This document shows positions 53,745 through 64,000 of a stretch of 64,000 nt of DNA, in pieces. Location: NCBI GenBank assembly GCA_045596625.1, contig JAZOCU010000054.1:29282-93281 (forward strand). The letters run 5' to 3'. Under the pieces are notes generated by a model. It saw only the letters and a program-made list of their open reading frames with translations, searched no databases and was not told the origin of the DNA. The number at the start of each line of letters is the position of its first letter. The stretch's first letter is position 1. Origin of the DNA: Oscillospiraceae bacterium (lineage in GTDB: Bacteria; Bacillota; Clostridia; Oscillospirales; Ruminococcaceae). The position numbers and the translations under genes were made by a program.

Positions 53745-56225
53745 TTACTTCTCCGTTGTCATAGATTTTTGTGGCTTTGGCGGCTGATCCCACATGGGTA
53801 CCGCCGGAAGCCCAAGCTTTTGCAGCTCAGCAGAGTGCAACGGCTCAAGCTTCGTATCATAATGCTGATGAACCAAAGCCGTCTGCAGCACAGTTTCGAC
53901 GGTTTCTGCCGGAACAAACTCAATGGCATTTCGTACCACAGGATCCAGCTCCTCCAGATCGGACATATTCGCCTTGGGGATAATCACTGTCTTGATGCCT
54001 GCTTTATAGGCAGCCATCGATTTTTCACACAAGCCGCCAATCGGCAGGACTCTGCCATGCAGGGTGATCACACCGGTCATAGCCACATCATGACGCACCG
54101 GCGTACCGGAAAGCGCAGAAACCAATGCTGTCAGCATTGTCACACCGGCACTGGGGCCATCCTTGGGTACAGCGCCTTCCGGTGCATGAATATGCAGATC
54201 CTTTGTCTTGAACAGATCCGCACGAATGTCATATTCTTTTGCGATATACCGTGTATAGGATACTGCAAGCTTTGCACTTTCCTTCATCACATCGCCCAAG
54301 GAACCCGTGACCTGCACTTCGCCCTTGCCATCCAAGACCAGCACCTCCAGCGGCATAAGCACACCGCCTGCCGATGTCCATGCAAGACCATTGACCAAAC
54401 CAACCGTATCGGCTTGCTCTTGATAATCCGGAAGATATTTATGCGGCCCCAAAGCGGCTTCCAACGTCTCAGGTGTATACTGCACCCGCTTTACATCATC
54501 GGCAACGATCGCCTTTGCACATTTACGGCACAACGAGGCGATCTGTCGTTCCAGAGAACGCACACCGGCTTCCTTCGTATAATAATCGATCAGATCATAA
54601 ATTGCCGCATCGGTAATGCGGATCTGCGTTGCTTTCAGGCCATGCAGCTTCAACTGCTTTTTGAGCAGATGCTCTTTGGCGATGTGGAATTTCTCTAATC
54701 TGGTATAGGAATTGAGCTCAATAATCTCCATACGATCCCGCAAAGGGCCCGGAATGGTATCCAACGTATTGGCGGTCGTTACAAACAGCACCTCGCTCAG
54801 ATCAAAGGGCAGCTCCAGAAAATGATCCCGGAACGCATGATTCTGTTCGCTGTCCAGCACCTCCAGCATTGCAGAGGCAGGATCGCCCTTGTAATCATTG
54901 CCCATCTTATCGATCTCATCCAGCAAGATCAGAGGATTCTTGCTTTTTGCCTGCCGCATGGCATCCATAATTCTGCCGGGCATAGCACCCACATAGGTTT
55001 TGCGGTGGCCGCGGATGTCAGATTCATCTCTAACACCGCCTAAAGAAACACGCACATAATTGCGTCCCAACGCCTTGGCAATCGAACGCCCGATCGAGGT
55101 TTTGCCCACGCCGGGAGGTCCGACCAGACAAAGAATCTGTCCCTTCACAGAAGGCATCAGTGCATGCACGCTCAGGCTTTCCAGAACGCGCTCTTTCACA
55201 CGCTTCAAGCCATAATGCTCACGATCGAGCAATACTGCTGCTTTTTTGATATCCAGCTTTTCTTTTGTTTTGGTATTCCATGGAAGCTCCAGCACTGTAT
55301 CCAGATAATTGCGGATCACATAAGCCTCCTGTGAGGATGGCGGCATCTTCAGCAGACGTTCTGCTTCCCGAACAAGCTTTTGCTCAGATTCCTCCTCGAA
55401 AGAAAGCGCCCGGATCTTATGCAGATAATTCTGCACTTCCTCATGCGCAGATTCTTCTTCGCCCAACTCAGCAGAGATCACACGCATCTGCTCCCGCAGA
55501 TAATACTCCCGCTGACCCTTATCGAGACTTTCCTGTACCTGTGAATGGATCTCACGCTCGACCTCCAGCACCTCGATCTCACGCACAAGCATTGCATAGA
55601 GCATCGTCATTCGCAAAAACAGATCATTCTCTTCCAGAAGCTGCTGCCGATCCATATAGTCCAGCTGCACATTAAATGCAACGCTTTCAAACAGCTCAAA
55701 AGGTGTTTCTGCTGCCATCAGAGATTCCAGCAGCTCCTTAGGCATCTTGGGGAAAAATGAAGCATATCGCTGAAATACATCCCGCAGCGAACGCATCATG
55801 GCATCCATTTCGATCTCGTCCGCCTTGCGGCGCTGCGAAACGGACATCCGTTTGACCTGTACCTCCAGATAAGACTTTTCATTCAGCTGCAAATCAAGAA
55901 CCCGTGCACGGTAAAGCCCTTCCACCAGCACACGCATAACCTCACCATTGCGCAGCACCTGTCGGATTTCCGCTACCACACCAATGCGATAGAGATCCTT
56001 CCGTTTTGGCTTTTCAGTGCCAAGCTTTTTTTGTGCAACGAGAAAAATTTTGCGATTACCCGCAAGCGCTTCCTCAATGGCATTTTTTGACATTTCACGT
56101 GCCACATCAAAATGCAGCACCATATTGGGGAATGCTACCACACCCCGCAAAGCAACAGTCGGAATCCACAGCTGCGTATCCACAACCTCGGATTCATGAC
56201 TTTTTCTTTTTTCATCATCTCTCAT
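53745..56225 (-). CDS. lon: ATP-dependent Lon protease (endopeptidase La)
   Basis: LON N-domain, AAA+ GPPGVGKTS, protease active-site PKDGPSAGVTM. Confidence 0.95.
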   Translation of the reverse strand: MRDDEKRKSHESEVVDTQLWIPTVALRGVVAFPNMVLHFDVAREMSKNAIEEALAGNRKIFLVAQKKLGTEKPKRKDLYRIGVVAEIRQVLRNGEVMRVLVEGLYRARVLDLQLNEKSYLEVQVKRMSVSQRRKADEIEMDAMMRSLRDVFQRYASFFPKMPKELLESLMAAETPFELFESVAFNVQLDYMDRQQLLEENDLFLRMTMLYAMLVREIEVLEVEREIHSQVQESLDKGQREYYLREQMRVISAELGEEESAHEEVQNYLHKIRALSFEEESEQKLVREAERLLKMPPSSQEAYVIRNYLDTVLELPWNTKTKEKLDIKKAAVLLDREHYGLKRVKERVLESLSVHALMPSVKGQILCLVGPPGVGKTSIGRSIAKALGRNYVRVSLGGVRDESDIRGHRKTYVGAMPGRIMDAMRQAKSKNPLILLDEIDKMGNDYKGDPASAMLEVLDSEQNHAFRDHFLELPFDLSEVLFVTTANTLDTIPGPLRDRMEIIELNSYTRLEKFHIAKEHLLKKQLKLHGLKATQIRITDAAIYDLIDYYTKEAGVRSLERQIASLCRKCAKAIVADDVKRVQYTPETLEAALGPHKYLPDYQEQADTVGLVNGLAWTSAGGVLMPLEVLVLDGKGEVQVTGSLGDVMKESAKLAVSYTRYIAKEYDIRADLFKTKDLHIHAPEGAVPKDGPSAGVTMLTALVSALSGTPVRHDVAMTGVITLHGRVLPIGGLCEKSMAAYKAGIKTVIIPKANMSDLEELDPVVRNAIEFVPAETVETVLQTALVHQHYDTKLEPLHSAELQKLGLPAVPMWDQPPKPQKSMTTEK

Positions 56226-56313
56226 TATATTATCCTAACTGCCCTGCGCGGCATAGCTGCCAAATATGCTCTGTGCGCAGCCAAAGCATATCATTTAGTC
56301 TCCTGTCCTGTTC

Positions 56314-56342
56314 ATTATACAGGATATACATGAAAAATGCAA
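56314..56342 (-). promoter_or_regulatory. promoter of lon
   Basis: Minus strand reads TTGCAT, 17 nt, TATAAT. Confidence 0.6.
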
Positions 56343-56380
56343 GTGGAAAATGTGTGCATCTCCTGGATGGCGCACTCCCC

Positions 56381-56428
56381 CAAAAAGAAAACAAAACAAT
56401 CTCTCGCAGCCATACTGCGAGAGATTGT
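56381..56428 (-). terminator. terminator of clpX
   Basis: Minus strand: CAATCTCTCGCAG TATGG CTGCGAGAGATTG followed by TTTTGTTTTC. Confidence 0.8.
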
Positions 56429-56437
56429 AGGCTTCCA

Positions 56438-57706
56438 TTATGAGGCGTTGACGACCTGATCCTGCGCATTCAGCAATACAGGACCGGTCTGATTCCGAAC
56501 GCAATCAGCGGTAACGACCACCTTGGCAACAGCCTTTTCCGATGGGGCATCGAACATTGCCTGCATTAAGATGCCTTCCAGAATAGCACGCAAGCCGCGA
56601 GCGCCGGTTTTTTGTTCAATGGCACGCTTGGCAATCTCCGAAAGAGCAGCTTCTTCGATATCCAGCTCAATATCATCATAGCGGAACAGCTTGGTATATT
56701 GCTTCAGCAATGCATTTTTCGGCTCGGTCAGAATCCGCACCAGCGTATCCTCATCCATTTCATCCAGTGTAGTAATGATCGGCAGACGACCCACCAGTTC
56801 GGGAACGATGCCGAATTTCACAAGGTCCTGCGGAATTACTTTGCGGAAAATATTGGCAGTTTTTTCTTTTTTCGAAAGAATCTGCGCACCAAAGCCCAAT
56901 GCTGAGGACTGCGTTCTGTTCAGAATATGACGCTCCAGACCATCAAAAGCACCGCCACAAATAAACAGAATATTCTTCGTGTTGATATGAATGAATTCCT
57001 GGTTGGGATGCTTTCTGCCGCCTTGCGGCGGAACATTGGAAACCGTACCCTCAATGATCTTCAGAAGCGACTGCTGTACACCTTCACCGCTGACATCACG
57101 GGTCAGGGATGTATTTTCCGATTTGCGTGCGATCTTATCAATCTCATCGATATAGATAATACCGCGTTCGGCAGCAGCCACATCAAAATTTGCAGCTTGG
57201 ATCAGACGCAGCAGAACATTCTCCACATCATCACCCACATAACCGGCCTCAGTGATGGTTGTTGCATCGGCAATGGCAAAGGGAACCTCAAGAATTTTCG
57301 CAAGCGTCTGTGCAAGATAGGTTTTGCCGACACCCGTTGGTCCCAACAACAGCACATTACTCTTTTGCAGTTCTACATCATCACCGTCATCTCGGCTGAG
57401 GATCCGCTTATAGTGATTATAAACAGATACTGCCAGAGAGATCTTTGCTTGATCCTGTCCGATGACATACTCATCCAACACCTTTTTGATCTCAGCAGGC
57501 TTCAGCAGACGGATCTCCTTTTCACCCTTTGCAGCGGTCTTTTTCTTCTGCTGAGCACGTTCGGGCACAATGCCGCCGTAGATCATCTCATAGCAATAGC
57601 AGACACACTCATCGCAAATGTTGCTATCACCGGCGGAGAACATACTCTGCACTTTATTTTCGCCTTTTCCGCAAAAGTTGCATTTCCGAAATGCCTTATC
57701 TGACAT
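56438..57706 (-). CDS. clpX: ATP-dependent Clp protease ATP-binding subunit ClpX
   Basis: C4 zinc finger CNFCGK...CDEC, Walker [20 protein letters not shown]. Confidence 0.95.
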   Translation of the reverse strand: MSDKAFRKCNFCGKGENKVQSMFSAGDSNICDECVCYCYEMIYGGIVPERAQQKKKTAAKGEKEIRLLKPAEIKKVLDEYVIGQDQAKISLAVSVYNHYKRILSRDDGDDVELQKSNVLLLGPTGVGKTYLAQTLAKILEVPFAIADATTITEAGYVGDDVENVLLRLIQAANFDVAAAERGIIYIDEIDKIARKSENTSLTRDVSGEGVQQSLLKIIEGTVSNVPPQGGRKHPNQEFIHINTKNILFICGGAFDGLERHILNRTQSSALGFGAQILSKKEKTANIFRKVIPQDLVKFGIVPELVGRLPIITTLDEMDEDTLVRILTEPKNALLKQYTKLFRYDDIELDIEEAALSEIAKRAIEQKTGARGLRAILEGILMQAMFDAPSEKAVAKVVVTADCVRNQTGPVLLNAQDQVVNAS

Positions 57707-57737
57707 AAGTTTTCCTTTCTGCGGTTATTGTTTTGGT

Positions 57738-58328
57738 TTATCGCTTGGAAACCACCTTATCAATCAAACCATATGCCTGTGCTTCGGCAGCGGTCATAAA
57801 ATAATCGCGCTCTACATCACGCTGGATCTCATCCAACGGCTTGCCGGTATTCTCTGCCAGCATCCGATTGAGCTTATCCTTGGTTCTGAGCAGATTATCG
57901 GTACGGATTTTGATATCGGTTGCCTGACCGGAAAGTCCGCCGCCCATAATCAACGGCTGATGAATCATGATCTCACTGTTTGGCAGTGCCATACGCTTAC
58001 CCTTTGCACCGGCTGCCAGCAAAAATGCGCCCATAGAAGCAGCCAGACCAATACAAATGGTAGCCACATCGCATTTGATATACTGCATGGTATCATAGAT
58101 CGCCATGCCGGCAGTCACAGATCCACCGGGACTGTTGATATACAAAGAGATATCCTTTTCCGAATCTTGGCTTTCCAAAAACAGCAGCTGTGCAACAACA
58201 AGACTTGCTGTTGTATCATTCACATCCTCCGACAGCATAATGATGCGGTCGTTCAGCAGACGGGAGAAAATATCATAAGCACGTTCTCCGCGATTGGTCT
58301 GCTCGATTACAGTTGGGACAAGACTCAT
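57738..58328 (-). CDS. clpP: ATP-dependent Clp protease proteolytic subunit
   Basis: [11 protein letters not shown], catalytic GLAASMGAF and IMIHQP. Confidence 0.95.
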   Translation of the reverse strand: MSLVPTVIEQTNRGERAYDIFSRLLNDRIIMLSEDVNDTTASLVVAQLLFLESQDSEKDISLYINSPGGSVTAGMAIYDTMQYIKCDVATICIGLAASMGAFLLAAGAKGKRMALPNSEIMIHQPLIMGGGLSGQATDIKIRTDNLLRTKDKLNRMLAENTGKPLDEIQRDVERDYFMTAAEAQAYGLIDKVVSKR

Positions 58329-58399
58329 CCTCCGTCATCCTTTCTTTCAAGTTGAGCGACGCCCAATGGAAGCGTCGCTCATCGTTGCAGCGTATTATT

Positions 58400-59767
58400 T
58401 TATTCAGCAGCAGGCGTTTCTTCCTCAGCTGCCTCAGCAGCAGCCTCAGTTTCCTCAACATCCTCAGCCTTTACCATGTCGTTATCGACCACGGCATTGC
58501 TCTTAACAAACTCAACGACCTTGGTCACACGCATATCCAGCGCGAAATCGGCCATCGGGATCTGTGCCTTTACGACCTCAAGCGGCACATTGACACGTGC
58601 TGCAAAGTCCTGCAAACCTTCTTCCAGCTCCTCAGAAGAAACAGTAATGCCTTCCAGATCAGCGATCTTCTCCAAAGCCAAGCGCAGCAGAACTTCCTTA
58701 CGTGCCTGCTCCTCATAGGTATCACGGAGCTGCTGCTCGGTCATACCGGTCAGCTCCAGATAATCAGAAAGCTTCATATCGGAATACTGTCTCTGCAGAT
58801 TCTGCTCAAAATCGCGAACCATCTGGCTGATGCGGCGCTCATACATAACAGAAGGAATTGCAGCATCGGCACTTGCAATCAAAGCATCGAACACAGCGTT
58901 TTCAAACTGATTCTCAGCCTGCTTCTGAGCAGTCTCGGTCAGCTTTGCACGAATATCCTCCCGCAGAGCCTCCATGGTATCAAACTCAGAAACATCCTTT
59001 GCCAGCTCATCGTCAGCCTCAGGCAGCTCCTGCTTGCTGATGCCAAGCAGCTCGATCTTAAATACAGCGTCCTTACCGGCATAGCGCTCATCGCCGTACT
59101 CTTCGGGGAAGGTCACGTTGACATCAAACTGCTCGCCGACACTGTGACCAACGATCTGCTCCTCAAAGCCGGGAATAAACTGACCGCTGCCAAGACGAAG
59201 CGGATACTCTTCGCCCTTGCCGCCTTCGAATGCAACATCATCAATGAAGCCCTCGAAGTTGATCTTTACTTCATCCTGCAGCTCAGCAGGACGACCCTCA
59301 ACCTCTACGATACGAGCCTGACGCTGACGAAGCATGTTGATCTGCTGATCCACATCCTCATCAGTGACTTCACGCACCTGCTTCGGCGCATGAATGCCCT
59401 TGTACTCGCCCACTTCTACCTCAGGCTTGGTGATGCAGACTGCCTTGCAGACTGCGCCATCAGCCTTAGAGCAGGATACAAGCTCAATTGCGGGACGATC
59501 GACCAGAGTGAGCTCCAGTTCCTTCATCATCTCATCCAGCTCGGCAGGCAGCAGGCTGTTTACGGCATCCTCAAAGAATACGCCTTCACCGTAGAGCTGC
59601 TCCACCATCTTGCGGGGAGCCTTGCCCTTACGGAAGCCCTTGACCACGATATCCTTCTTCTGTCTCTGATAAACACGCTCGCAAGCAGCTTCCAGTGCTT
59701 GTGCAGAGATCTCAAAGGTTACTTCTCTCATATTGACATCGGTTTTCACATCAGATACGATACGCAT
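58400..59767 (-). CDS. tig: trigger factor
   Basis: Start ATG 59767 after GGAGGAA. FKBP-type PPIase core LRLGSGQFIPGFEEQIVGH. Acidic C-terminal tail. Confidence 0.9.
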   Translation of the reverse strand: MRIVSDVKTDVNMREVTFEISAQALEAACERVYQRQKKDIVVKGFRKGKAPRKMVEQLYGEGVFFEDAVNSLLPAELDEMMKELELTLVDRPAIELVSCSKADGAVCKAVCITKPEVEVGEYKGIHAPKQVREVTDEDVDQQINMLRQRQARIVEVEGRPAELQDEVKINFEGFIDDVAFEGGKGEEYPLRLGSGQFIPGFEEQIVGHSVGEQFDVNVTFPEEYGDERYAGKDAVFKIELLGISKQELPEADDELAKDVSEFDTMEALREDIRAKLTETAQKQAENQFENAVFDALIASADAAIPSVMYERRISQMVRDFEQNLQRQYSDMKLSDYLELTGMTEQQLRDTYEEQARKEVLLRLALEKIADLEGITVSSEELEEGLQDFAARVNVPLEVVKAQIPMADFALDMRVTKVVEFVKSNAVVDNDMVKAEDVEETEAAAEAAEEETPAAE

Positions 59768-59908
59768 GATTGTTCCTCCAAATTTTGATTTCAACATTTT
59801 GCAGAGCAACTGCCCAAAAGGGCAAAAACGCCGCACAGATACCTTAGATTATAGCACAAATCAATGGATTTTTCCAGCAGTTTTTCACACTTCTTTGTTT
59901 CCTACAAA

Positions 59909-60598
59909 TTACAGAACAATCCGAGGAGCAAATTGTAAAAAATCACCAGAAATCAGATGATAACAGACCTCATCACGCAGACCATTGATCGCATGGCGAT
60001 GGCTGCTGCCATGCACATGACCGTAATAACAATCCGTCACATGGTGTTTCCAAAGCACATCCAGCATCTCAAAATTACAGTTGCCGGCATAAATGGGCGG
60101 ATAATGCAGAAAGGCGATCGGCTTTAAGCCCGCCTGTTCCGCAGCACAAAGGGAAACCTCCAGCCGCTGCGCTTCTCTGGCATTGACCTTGGCATTGGCA
60201 GGTTCTTGATAGTCCATATTCACCCAGCCGCGGGTACCGCAGATCCCATATTCGCCATAAGCATAATGGTTGTTATGCAGAATATGCAGCGAACCGAGTC
60301 CGTTTTCTTCAAAAAAACGATTCATTTTGGTCATGGAAGTCCACCAATAATCGTGATTGCCCTTAAGTATGATTTTTCTGCCGGGCAACGCTTCGATCCA
60401 TTGGAAATCGGGCAAAGCTTCCTCCAAGGTCATCCCCCAGGAAGTATCTCCTGCCAGCACCACCGTATCTTCCGGTGCAATGCTTGCAAGCCATTCTCTC
60501 TGCAGGATCGAATCATGCGCCTTCCAACCGGAGAACACATCCATGGGTTTATTCACACCAAAGGATAAGTGCAGATCTCCAATGACAAATAAGCTCAC
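59909..60598 (-). CDS. metallophosphoesterase (calcineurin-like)
   Basis: VIGDLHLS, GDTSW, GNHDYWW and GHVHG motifs. Start overlaps the thrC stop. Confidence 0.75.
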   Translation of the reverse strand: MSLFVIGDLHLSFGVNKPMDVFSGWKAHDSILQREWLASIAPEDTVVLAGDTSWGMTLEEALPDFQWIEALPGRKIILKGNHDYWWTSMTKMNRFFEENGLGSLHILHNNHYAYGEYGICGTRGWVNMDYQEPANAKVNAREAQRLEVSLCAAEQAGLKPIAFLHYPPIYAGNCNFEMLDVLWKHHVTDCYYGHVHGSSHRHAINGLRDEVCYHLISGDFLQFAPRIVL

Positions 60599-62091
60599 GA
60601 GATGCCCAACTTTTCTTTCACATAAACTGCCATGGCATCCTGCGCAACAGAATCGGTAAAGCGAACAGGCTTGCTCTTGAGCTCAGCCAGTGCAGCAGGA
60701 ATGGCCATGCCGGTTTTGGCTTGCAGCAGATCCAGCACAGCATATTCATCGGCGTCTGCCGGTACTGTATCTACAGCCTCCAGCACAGCAGCTCCAAACT
60801 TATAGGGATTTGCAGTAGATGCCACCAGCATCGGCAGTTTTTCTGTGGCTGCCGCCTGATAATCGCGGGCAGCACAAATACCTACCGCAGTATGCGTATC
60901 GCTGAGATATCCGTTTTCTCCGAATACCTTGCCGATCATCTCTTTGGTTTGCTCGTCATTCCAATAGCTGCCCGAAAACTCCAATTGGATCCGATCGCGC
61001 AGCTCACGGGGGATCTCATAGCGGCCTTCCGTCTTGAGCGCCTCAAACCAAGAACGGATCTGTGCATCATCCTCATGTGTCATATGATACAGCAGGCGCT
61101 CCAGATTACTGGAAATCAGAATATCCATAGAGGGAGATACCGTTGCATGGAAATCACGGTTTCTGTCATACACACCGGTGCGGATGAAATCAGAAAGCAC
61201 CATATTGATGTTGGATGCACATACCAGATGCTGCATCGGAACACCCATTTGCTTTGCATACCATGCTGCAAGAATATTGCCGAAATTACCGGTAGGAACT
61301 GTCAGCGAGAAGCGCTCACCCGGCTTCAGAATGCCTTTTTCAAGCATGGTCACATAGGCAGAAACATAGTAAACGATCTGCGGTGCCAGACGACCCCAGT
61401 TGATACTGTTGGCGCTGGAAAACTGCATTCCATTTGCCGCAAGTGCTTCCTGCATGGCAGGATCGGTAAAAATCGCCTTTACGCCGTTCTGGCAATCATC
61501 GAAATTGCCCTTCACAGCACAAACGCCTACATTTTCGCCCTCCTGCGTCTGCATCTGACGCTTCTGCATGGAGCTGACGCCATCTTCGGGATAGAATACA
61601 AGGATCTTGGTGCCGGGCACATCACGGAAGCCTGCCAAAGCCGCCTTGCCGGTATCGCCTGAGGTAGCAGTCAGGATCACGATCTCCCGTGCAACACCGC
61701 TTTTCTTTGCCGATCTGGTAAGAAAATGCGGCAAGATCTGCAATGCCATATCCTTAAAGGCACAGGTAGGGCCATGCCACAGCTCCAACAGCATCGTACC
61801 GTCGGCAAGCGTAGTGATCTCCTGTACATTTTCTGTTTCAAAGCTGCCGCTTGCATAAGCAGCAGTAGTGCACTCACGCAGCTCATCCAATGAAAAATCG
61901 GTGAGATACAGATGGAACAGACGCGCTGCACGTTCAGCATAGGAAAGACCCATCAGCGCTTCAAAATCCGAAGCAGTCAGCTCCGGGATCGAATCCGGCA
62001 CAAACAGACCGCCGTCTGCGGAAATTCCCTGTGCAATGGCCTCTGCGCTGCTGACAGACAGCGCACGGTTTCTTGTGCTATGATACAACAT
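60595..62091 (-). CDS. thrC: threonine synthase (long form)
   Basis: MLYHSTRN N-terminus and PLP-lysine motif GPTCAFKDMALQ. ATG 62091 preferred over TTG 62109. Confidence 0.9.
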   Translation of the reverse strand: MLYHSTRNRALSVSSAEAIAQGISADGGLFVPDSIPELTASDFEALMGLSYAERAARLFHLYLTDFSLDELRECTTAAYASGSFETENVQEITTLADGTMLLELWHGPTCAFKDMALQILPHFLTRSAKKSGVAREIVILTATSGDTGKAALAGFRDVPGTKILVFYPEDGVSSMQKRQMQTQEGENVGVCAVKGNFDDCQNGVKAIFTDPAMQEALAANGMQFSSANSINWGRLAPQIVYYVSAYVTMLEKGILKPGERFSLTVPTGNFGNILAAWYAKQMGVPMQHLVCASNINMVLSDFIRTGVYDRNRDFHATVSPSMDILISSNLERLLYHMTHEDDAQIRSWFEALKTEGRYEIPRELRDRIQLEFSGSYWNDEQTKEMIGKVFGENGYLSDTHTAVGICAARDYQAAATEKLPMLVASTANPYKFGAAVLEAVDTVPADADEYAVLDLLQAKTGMAIPAALAELKSKPVRFTDSVAQDAMAVYVKEKLGIS

Positions 62092-62129
62092 GATGTAAAT
62101 AACCTCCAATATCGAAGCAGCTGCTTCGT

Positions 62130-62519
62130 TTAGAATCCATATGAATTGGGAGAGCTTGCATCAAATGCACTCTCGATATAATGGATCTGCCGCACAAAAC
62201 TGCCGGCATATTCTACCTCGGCCACATCAAAACGAGGCTGCAGATCCAAAGGATGCTCCATAAGATATCGCATTGCTGTCTGCAGGATCCGCTGTTGCTT
62301 TTGCCGATTCACGGCAGCGATCCCCGAAACCAGTGCATTCAGCCTGCGGGTTTTGACCTCTACAAACAACAGCCATTCGTCTTTACGCGCAATAATATCG
62401 ATCTCTCCGCCTTTTATTGTATAGTTCCGGCACAGAATCTCACAGCCTCTGGTTTCCAGCAGACGACAAACAGCATCTTCACCAATGCGGCCAATGGCTC
62501 GCAAATTACTTTTCGCCAT
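62130..62519 (-). CDS. yraN: YraN-family (UPF0102) endonuclease-like protein
   Basis: [24 protein letters not shown] and FVEVKTR motifs. Confidence 0.8.
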   Translation of the reverse strand: MAKSNLRAIGRIGEDAVCRLLETRGCEILCRNYTIKGGEIDIIARKDEWLLFVEVKTRRLNALVSGIAAVNRQKQQRILQTAMRYLMEHPLDLQPRFDVAEVEYAGSFVRQIHYIESAFDASSPNSYGF

Positions 62520-63135
62520 AGAATTTTTTCAAAAATGAGGGGCGATGGGCAGGACACAATCCATATTCTGCAATGGCCTGATAATGCGCCTTGGTGCCAT
62601 AGCCCTTATGCTTTGCAAAGCCATACATGGGGTACTGCTCGTCCAGAGCACGCAGCGAAGCATCCCTTGCCGTTTTTGCCAGCACCGAGGCCGCAGCAAT
62701 GCTGGCTGACTTTGCATCGCCGCCGATCAGAGTCTGTACAGAAATTGTAAGCTGCGGAGCCCGATTTCCATCCACCAACGCAAGAGAAGGCTGTATCGAA
62801 AGCTGCTCCACCGCACGCTGCATAGCGAGCATCGCCGCCTGCAAAATATTGATCTGCTCGATTTCTGCAACCGATGCAGAAGCAATCGCCCATGCAATGG
62901 CCTGTTCTTTGATCAGCGGAACGAGCGCTTCCCGCTTGACTTCAGTAAGTTTCTTACTATCATTCAGCCCGATGATCTGAGCATCGGGCTTCAAGATCAC
63001 CGCCGCAGCATAAACATCGCCTGCAAGCGGTCCTCTGCCGGCTTCATCCACGCCGCAAAATATCGGGGCGTGCATCCGTACCTGAGCATCGAACTCAAAG
63101 AGCTCCTGTTGCATTTTCGCTGTTTTCGCCATCAT
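62506..63135 (-). CDS. rnhB: ribonuclease HII
   Basis: [14 protein letters not shown] and DSKKL motifs. Start set at ATG 63135 (AGGAA RBS). It lies inside the 3' end of rbgA. Confidence 0.9.
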   Translation of the reverse strand: MMAKTAKMQQELFEFDAQVRMHAPIFCGVDEAGRGPLAGDVYAAAVILKPDAQIIGLNDSKKLTEVKREALVPLIKEQAIAWAIASASVAEIEQINILQAAMLAMQRAVEQLSIQPSLALVDGNRAPQLTISVQTLIGGDAKSASIAAASVLAKTARDASLRALDEQYPMYGFAKHKGYGTKAHYQAIAEYGLCPAHRPSFLKKFYGEK

Positions 63136-64000
63136 TTGTTCCTGTCTGCGGCGCAGTGGAAGGTTTTTCCAATGTAATTCTGCCCAGCTTTGCCGCACGA
63201 TATTCATCCATCAGCGCAATGGCTGCACGTTCTGTATTGGGTATCCCGCCCGAAAGCAGCATGCCGCGATTTTTCGCAAGCAGCTCCAGCAAAGCAAAGC
63301 CATTGTCTTCGGCATCGGGTGCAATACGATACCGTGCTTCCAGCATCTGTGGATAATTGCTATGCAAAAACACCAGCAGTTTGGCCGCCAATCCTTCCAG
63401 ATCAAGGATCTCATCTCTCACAGCACCGGTAAATGCCAATCGACAGGCAACCTCCTGATCATCCAGCTTTGGCCAGAGCACACCGGGCGTATCCAGCAGC
63501 TCTACGCCGCCATCGATTTTGATCCACTGCTGCGTTCTGGTTACTCCGGCACGATCCTCTGCCTTAGCACGTTTGCCGCCTGCCAACCGATTGATCAGTG
63601 AGGATTTTCCTACATTGGGGATTCCCAGGATCATCACACGAATGGGTCTGCCCTTCATTCCTTTGGCTGCATATTGTGCAAGCTGCGGTGCCAGCAGACG
63701 CCGTAAGGCGGGTGCAAAATTCTTAACGCCCTTACCCGATTTGGAATCAGCGGTAATCACCACCGCTCCGCGTTTTTGATAATATTCAACCCACTGCTGT
63801 GTAAGCTGCGGATCAGCCATATCTGCTTTATTCAGAATGACCAGACGAGGCTTCCGTCGGGTCAGACGATCAAATTCCGGGTTTCGACTGCTCAACGGCA
63901 GTCTTGCATCCAGCAGCTCCGCCACGGCATCCACCAACGGCAGACTTTTTGTGATCATCCGCCGTGTTTTCGCCATATGACCGGGAAACCACTGAATATC
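63095..64000 (-). CDS. rbgA: ribosome biogenesis GTPase A (YlqF/RbgA), 5' end beyond the window
   Basis: [24 protein letters not shown]. The translation continues upstream of the track Met as [14 protein letters not shown], so the true start lies past 64000. Confidence 0.9.
   Translation of the reverse strand, partial: DIQWFPGHMAKTRRMITKSLPLVDAVAELLDARLPLSSRNPEFDRLTRRKPRLVILNKADMADPQLTQQWVEYYQKRGAVVITADSKSGKGVKNFAPALRRLLAPQLAQYAAKGMKGRPIRVMILGIPNVGKSSLINRLAGGKRAKAEDRAGVTRTQQWIKIDGGVELLDTPGVLWPKLDDQEVACRLAFTGAVRDEILDLEGLAAKLLVFLHSNYPQMLEARYRIAPDAEDNGFALLELLAKNRGMLLSGGIPNTERAAIALMDEYRAAKLGRITLEKPSTAPQTGTNDGENSENATGAL

Noticed and set aside
56226-58399. Heat-shock operators (CIRCE TTAGCACTC-N9-GAGTGCTAA, or CtsR GGTCAAA repeats) upstream of lon, clpX and clpP
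   Set aside because: I read all three upstream regions on both strands. Only a sigma-A promoter (lon) and a GAGCGACGC...GCGTCGCTC hairpin between tig and clpP were seen. There was no match to either operator consensus.

Overview
A 64-kb chromosomal window from a Gram-positive anaerobe of the Clostridia, most like a cellulosome-producing Ruminococcus (Oscillospiraceae). Two secreted glycanases end in a poly-Thr linker plus dockerin: a GH53 galactanase and a GH11-CBM22-GH10 xylanase. Consensus sigma-A promoters (TTGACA-17-TATAAT) and GGAGG ribosome-binding sites are readable at most operon starts. I call about 52 protein genes and 3 tRNAs. I see no rRNA, CRISPR array, transposase or integrase. 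Housekeeping blocks are rnj-gdpP-rplI-dnaB-tilS-ftsH on the plus strand, and rbgA-rnhB-yraN-thrC and tig-clpP-clpX-lon-engB on the minus strand. Other genes include nagA with a ROK kinase and an epimerase, tadA, an amino-acid ABC importer, a MarR-controlled heterodimeric ABC exporter, an ABC-F protein, an alanine/glycine symporter, and two P-type ATPases. The most noteworthy observations are these. (1) A cobalamin-riboswitch-controlled operon (25.3-31.6 kb) combines a dedicated ECF transporter with two secreted or membrane proteins built from transcobalamin-like modules (DUF4430 beta-domains and an alpha/alpha-toroid). I read this as an uncharacterised Gram-positive corrinoid capture and uptake system. 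(2) A perfect LexA/SOS box lies just downstream of a consensus promoter. It precedes an orphan two-gene module (coiled-coil protein plus a sigma-70 region-4-only protein) wedged between the two cellulosomal genes. (3) A yybP-ykoY Mn riboswitch, not visible in the ORF track, precedes the Ca-type P-type ATPase. (4) Operator-like palindromes overlap the copA and marR promoters. (5) An ECF sigma factor is paired with an anti-sigma-like protein whose ectodomain is a Thr/Ser mucin-like tract with 36-bp tandem repeats. All calls come from reading translations and motifs by eye; no database search or folding program was run.
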